The position numbers were made by a program, and so were the translations under genes. A stretch of 64,000 nt of DNA from Armatimonadota bacterium (lineage in GTDB: Bacteria > Armatimonadota > UBA10988): positions 1 to 64,000 of the forward strand of contig JACRKZ010000043.1 of the NCBI GenBank assembly GCA_016235455.1. The letters are read 5' to 3'. The notes beneath the pieces are model-generated. The model ran no database searches and was not told the DNA's origin. It saw only the letters and a program-made list of their open reading frames with translations. This document shows, one piece after another, positions 63,101 through 64,000 of the stretch. Numbering within the stretch: position 1 is the stretch's first letter; each line of letters begins with the position of its first letter.

Positions 63101-63554
63101 CATCGCCGGGCACATCGCCCACCTCGACATACTCGGCCTCGGCGCCGGCGGGCAGGTTGAGCCGCAGGTCGCGCAGCGTGTCGCGCCAGGGCACCTCCAG
63201 GCCCAGGTCCAGCCGGTAGGTGTGCCAGGCGCCATCCCAGATCAGCTTGGCCGCGGGCAGGCTGATGCGGCGCCTGGCCGGCTCCAGGCCGGGCGCCACG
63301 CTCGTGCCGTAGTCGATGCTGAGCGGCACGGCGGCCTTGGGCAGCCGCAGGCGCAGTTGCAGGTAGTCGTTGTAGCCCAGGTCCAGATCAGGCCCCTTGG
63401 CCAACTCCTTGGCCTCGACCACCGGCTGCCAGACCGTGGCCTTGACCAGCCGGTCCGGCGGATCCACCTGCACCGTGAACGGCTCGCCGGCCCACAACGG
63501 GGCCAGGCAGGCGGGCACGACAGCCAGCAACAACCAGCGACGGCACAGCATCAT
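60183..63554 (-). CDS. Secreted multidomain protein: HExxH domain (DUF6055-like), left-handed beta-helix repeats, two LamG domains
   Basis: Signal peptide; PHEFGH..WESHAN; HPNGGGFVADTAKV hexapeptide repeats; WAHLA..LYVDG and WQQVA..LYVGG. Confidence 0.8.
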   Translation of the reverse strand: MMLCRRWLLLAVVPACLAPLWAGEPFTVQVDPPDRLVKATVWQPVVEAKELAKGPDLDLGYNDYLQLRLRLPKAAVPLSIDYGTSVAPGLEPARRRISLPAAKLIWDGAWHTYRLDLGLEVPWRDTLRDLRLNLPAGAEAEYVEVGDVPGDELAVNTDLNIFVGVDKWPKETMADTQHSESKHCTFWWSKQSYNEFRNFDPQVMGRRAQRMVEECYQVYCKLRGYAEPFVCGDAAKRDGKRYKVNVTTWYGGFWMGGQNGFGYLNIGGGGLLDEGWGNPMPHEFGHVVQGAQPGFLTGSYWESHANYLRSLRNSLYSDLFPGHVSDVGRGMLDLSCFQQDQFRLIYADFRIYNVLDDYAVDYGLPADIVARLWRDGDKEQVVWKKLASVLPAGRSIKDVAGEALRYWVTLDLKAGDKMKAQLRPNPREAAYMDQATGADLEPLAAEAGWYRVAWGRAPMRYGYMFSELAPARDGATVTAELRGLDLPGAGEDWRWSLVAQKGEGKPRYSPVFRPGLGSLKLNPGEDRVYLVVVATPDQLDGSQHGLQHEHPLDRDPSFRRYPYEVRLTGAVPRPRAAQWPLPAGHKHPNGGGFVADTAKVADTAYVGPNARVLDAAQVLGRARIDDYALVADRAVVDEDAQVSGCAVVRDGSQVKGHARIRDHAKLRSDCRVAGDVLVQDSADLDRVQARDQAVFRGCTQPWNAEVSGHAILEYDYSMDFKLADGVHYNHVPWGGWWNEYWCQVQRKPRGLTASYRFDEPDGQVALDEFGSLNATLRGVPARVTDAGHGSVVTLNGRNQWIELDDSVVDATALTIGLWCKPGAGPADQPLLHLAGASDRALTLTPADARGLPSLSLALGKQSVAISGARRLPAGQWAHLAAVLAPDKVTLYVDGQPSSAALPAAVDLRAAYGRPQANFVGRGGNGRLFAGQVADVRCYNVALTDAELGAEMARTGALMGAFLPAAKTFDGQATTADSGLRNGATRTLSAWIKPTAVDGTRPVFCSRDERDGARQGGGLSIEGGRFRARLDGRGWWDTGVAALPGEWQQVALAFDGKSARLYVGGKEVAQTAYEAKNLSPKPYRLGYSQESEDKNSRRFFVGELRDMRVFSRALSATEVAALAK

Positions 63555-63723
63555 CAGCGCTCCCAGCCGCAGTGTGGCCGATGCGCCGTTGGCGCCACCA
63601 CCCGGTTAGCGATTGGCTCGTTGACCGATCCGATTGCCTGCGGGGCTGTGCTCCATCGCGATCCGCGTGCCTTCCAGAAGGAAAGGGCGCCATGCTCCGA
63701 ATACCTCGTTTCAGGAGACGGCC

Positions 63724-64000
63724 GTGATCGCATCCCTCGCCGTGCTTGGCGCGCTGATATCGGCAACCGCGCCACCCCCTGTCGTCTGGACCACACCGAG
63801 TGCGGATGTCAACGGCACCATGCCGCTGGGCAACGGCGAGATCGGCGTCAATGCCTGGGTCGATGCCGCGGGCGATCTGCGCTTCTACTTTGGTCGCACC
63901 GACACCTGGGACGAGCATGGCCGGCTGCTCAAGATCGGCGCCCTGCGCGTGCGCGTGGGCGACGGCTCAACCGGCCGCACCAAGGTCTTCCGGCAGGCAC
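63724..64000 (+). CDS. GH95-like/DUF5703 glycoside hydrolase N-terminus, 3'-truncated
   Basis: AGGAG RBS and GTG start; translates to VVWTTPS...MPLGNGEIGVNAW...RTDTWDEHGRLLKIG; open to the window end. Confidence 0.75.
   Translation, partial: MIASLAVLGALISATAPPPVVWTTPSADVNGTMPLGNGEIGVNAWVDAAGDLRFYFGRTDTWDEHGRLLKIGALRVRVGDGSTGRTKVFRQA

Overview
High-GC bacterial chromosomal window. Gene content (many Tat-exported oxidoreductases, sulfatase, glycoside hydrolases, URO-D-like and ceramidase-like proteins) is consistent with Armatimonadota or a planctomycete-like carbohydrate degrader; this taxonomic call is inference only. About 47 CDSs are supported: a surface-glycosylation cluster (GT4, MurJ, GT-C/GT2), sugar catabolism and uptake genes, tandem AKR-ferredoxin and Gfo/Idh/MocA paralogs with ApbE, an orphan RND pump behind a CsoR/RcnR-type operator, an MCP, ROK-Mth938/CHAD, VIT-vWA, IDH, and HEAT and LamG proteins. 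I saw no rRNA, tRNA, CRISPR array, transposase or integrase. The standout is a compositionally foreign two-gene cassette at 12053-16558. It has its own sigma70-like promoter and encodes a 1083-aa PfkB-like kinase/HAD phosphatase/coiled-coil fusion translationally coupled to an MBL-fold hydrolase, making it a candidate undescribed nucleotide-centred defence/conflict system. Other notable signals: an Asp/His swap in the AKR catalytic tetrad, EKP->EAP Gfo paralogs, a 10-bp duplication frameshifting a Gfo gene, and three distinct REP-like palindrome families.
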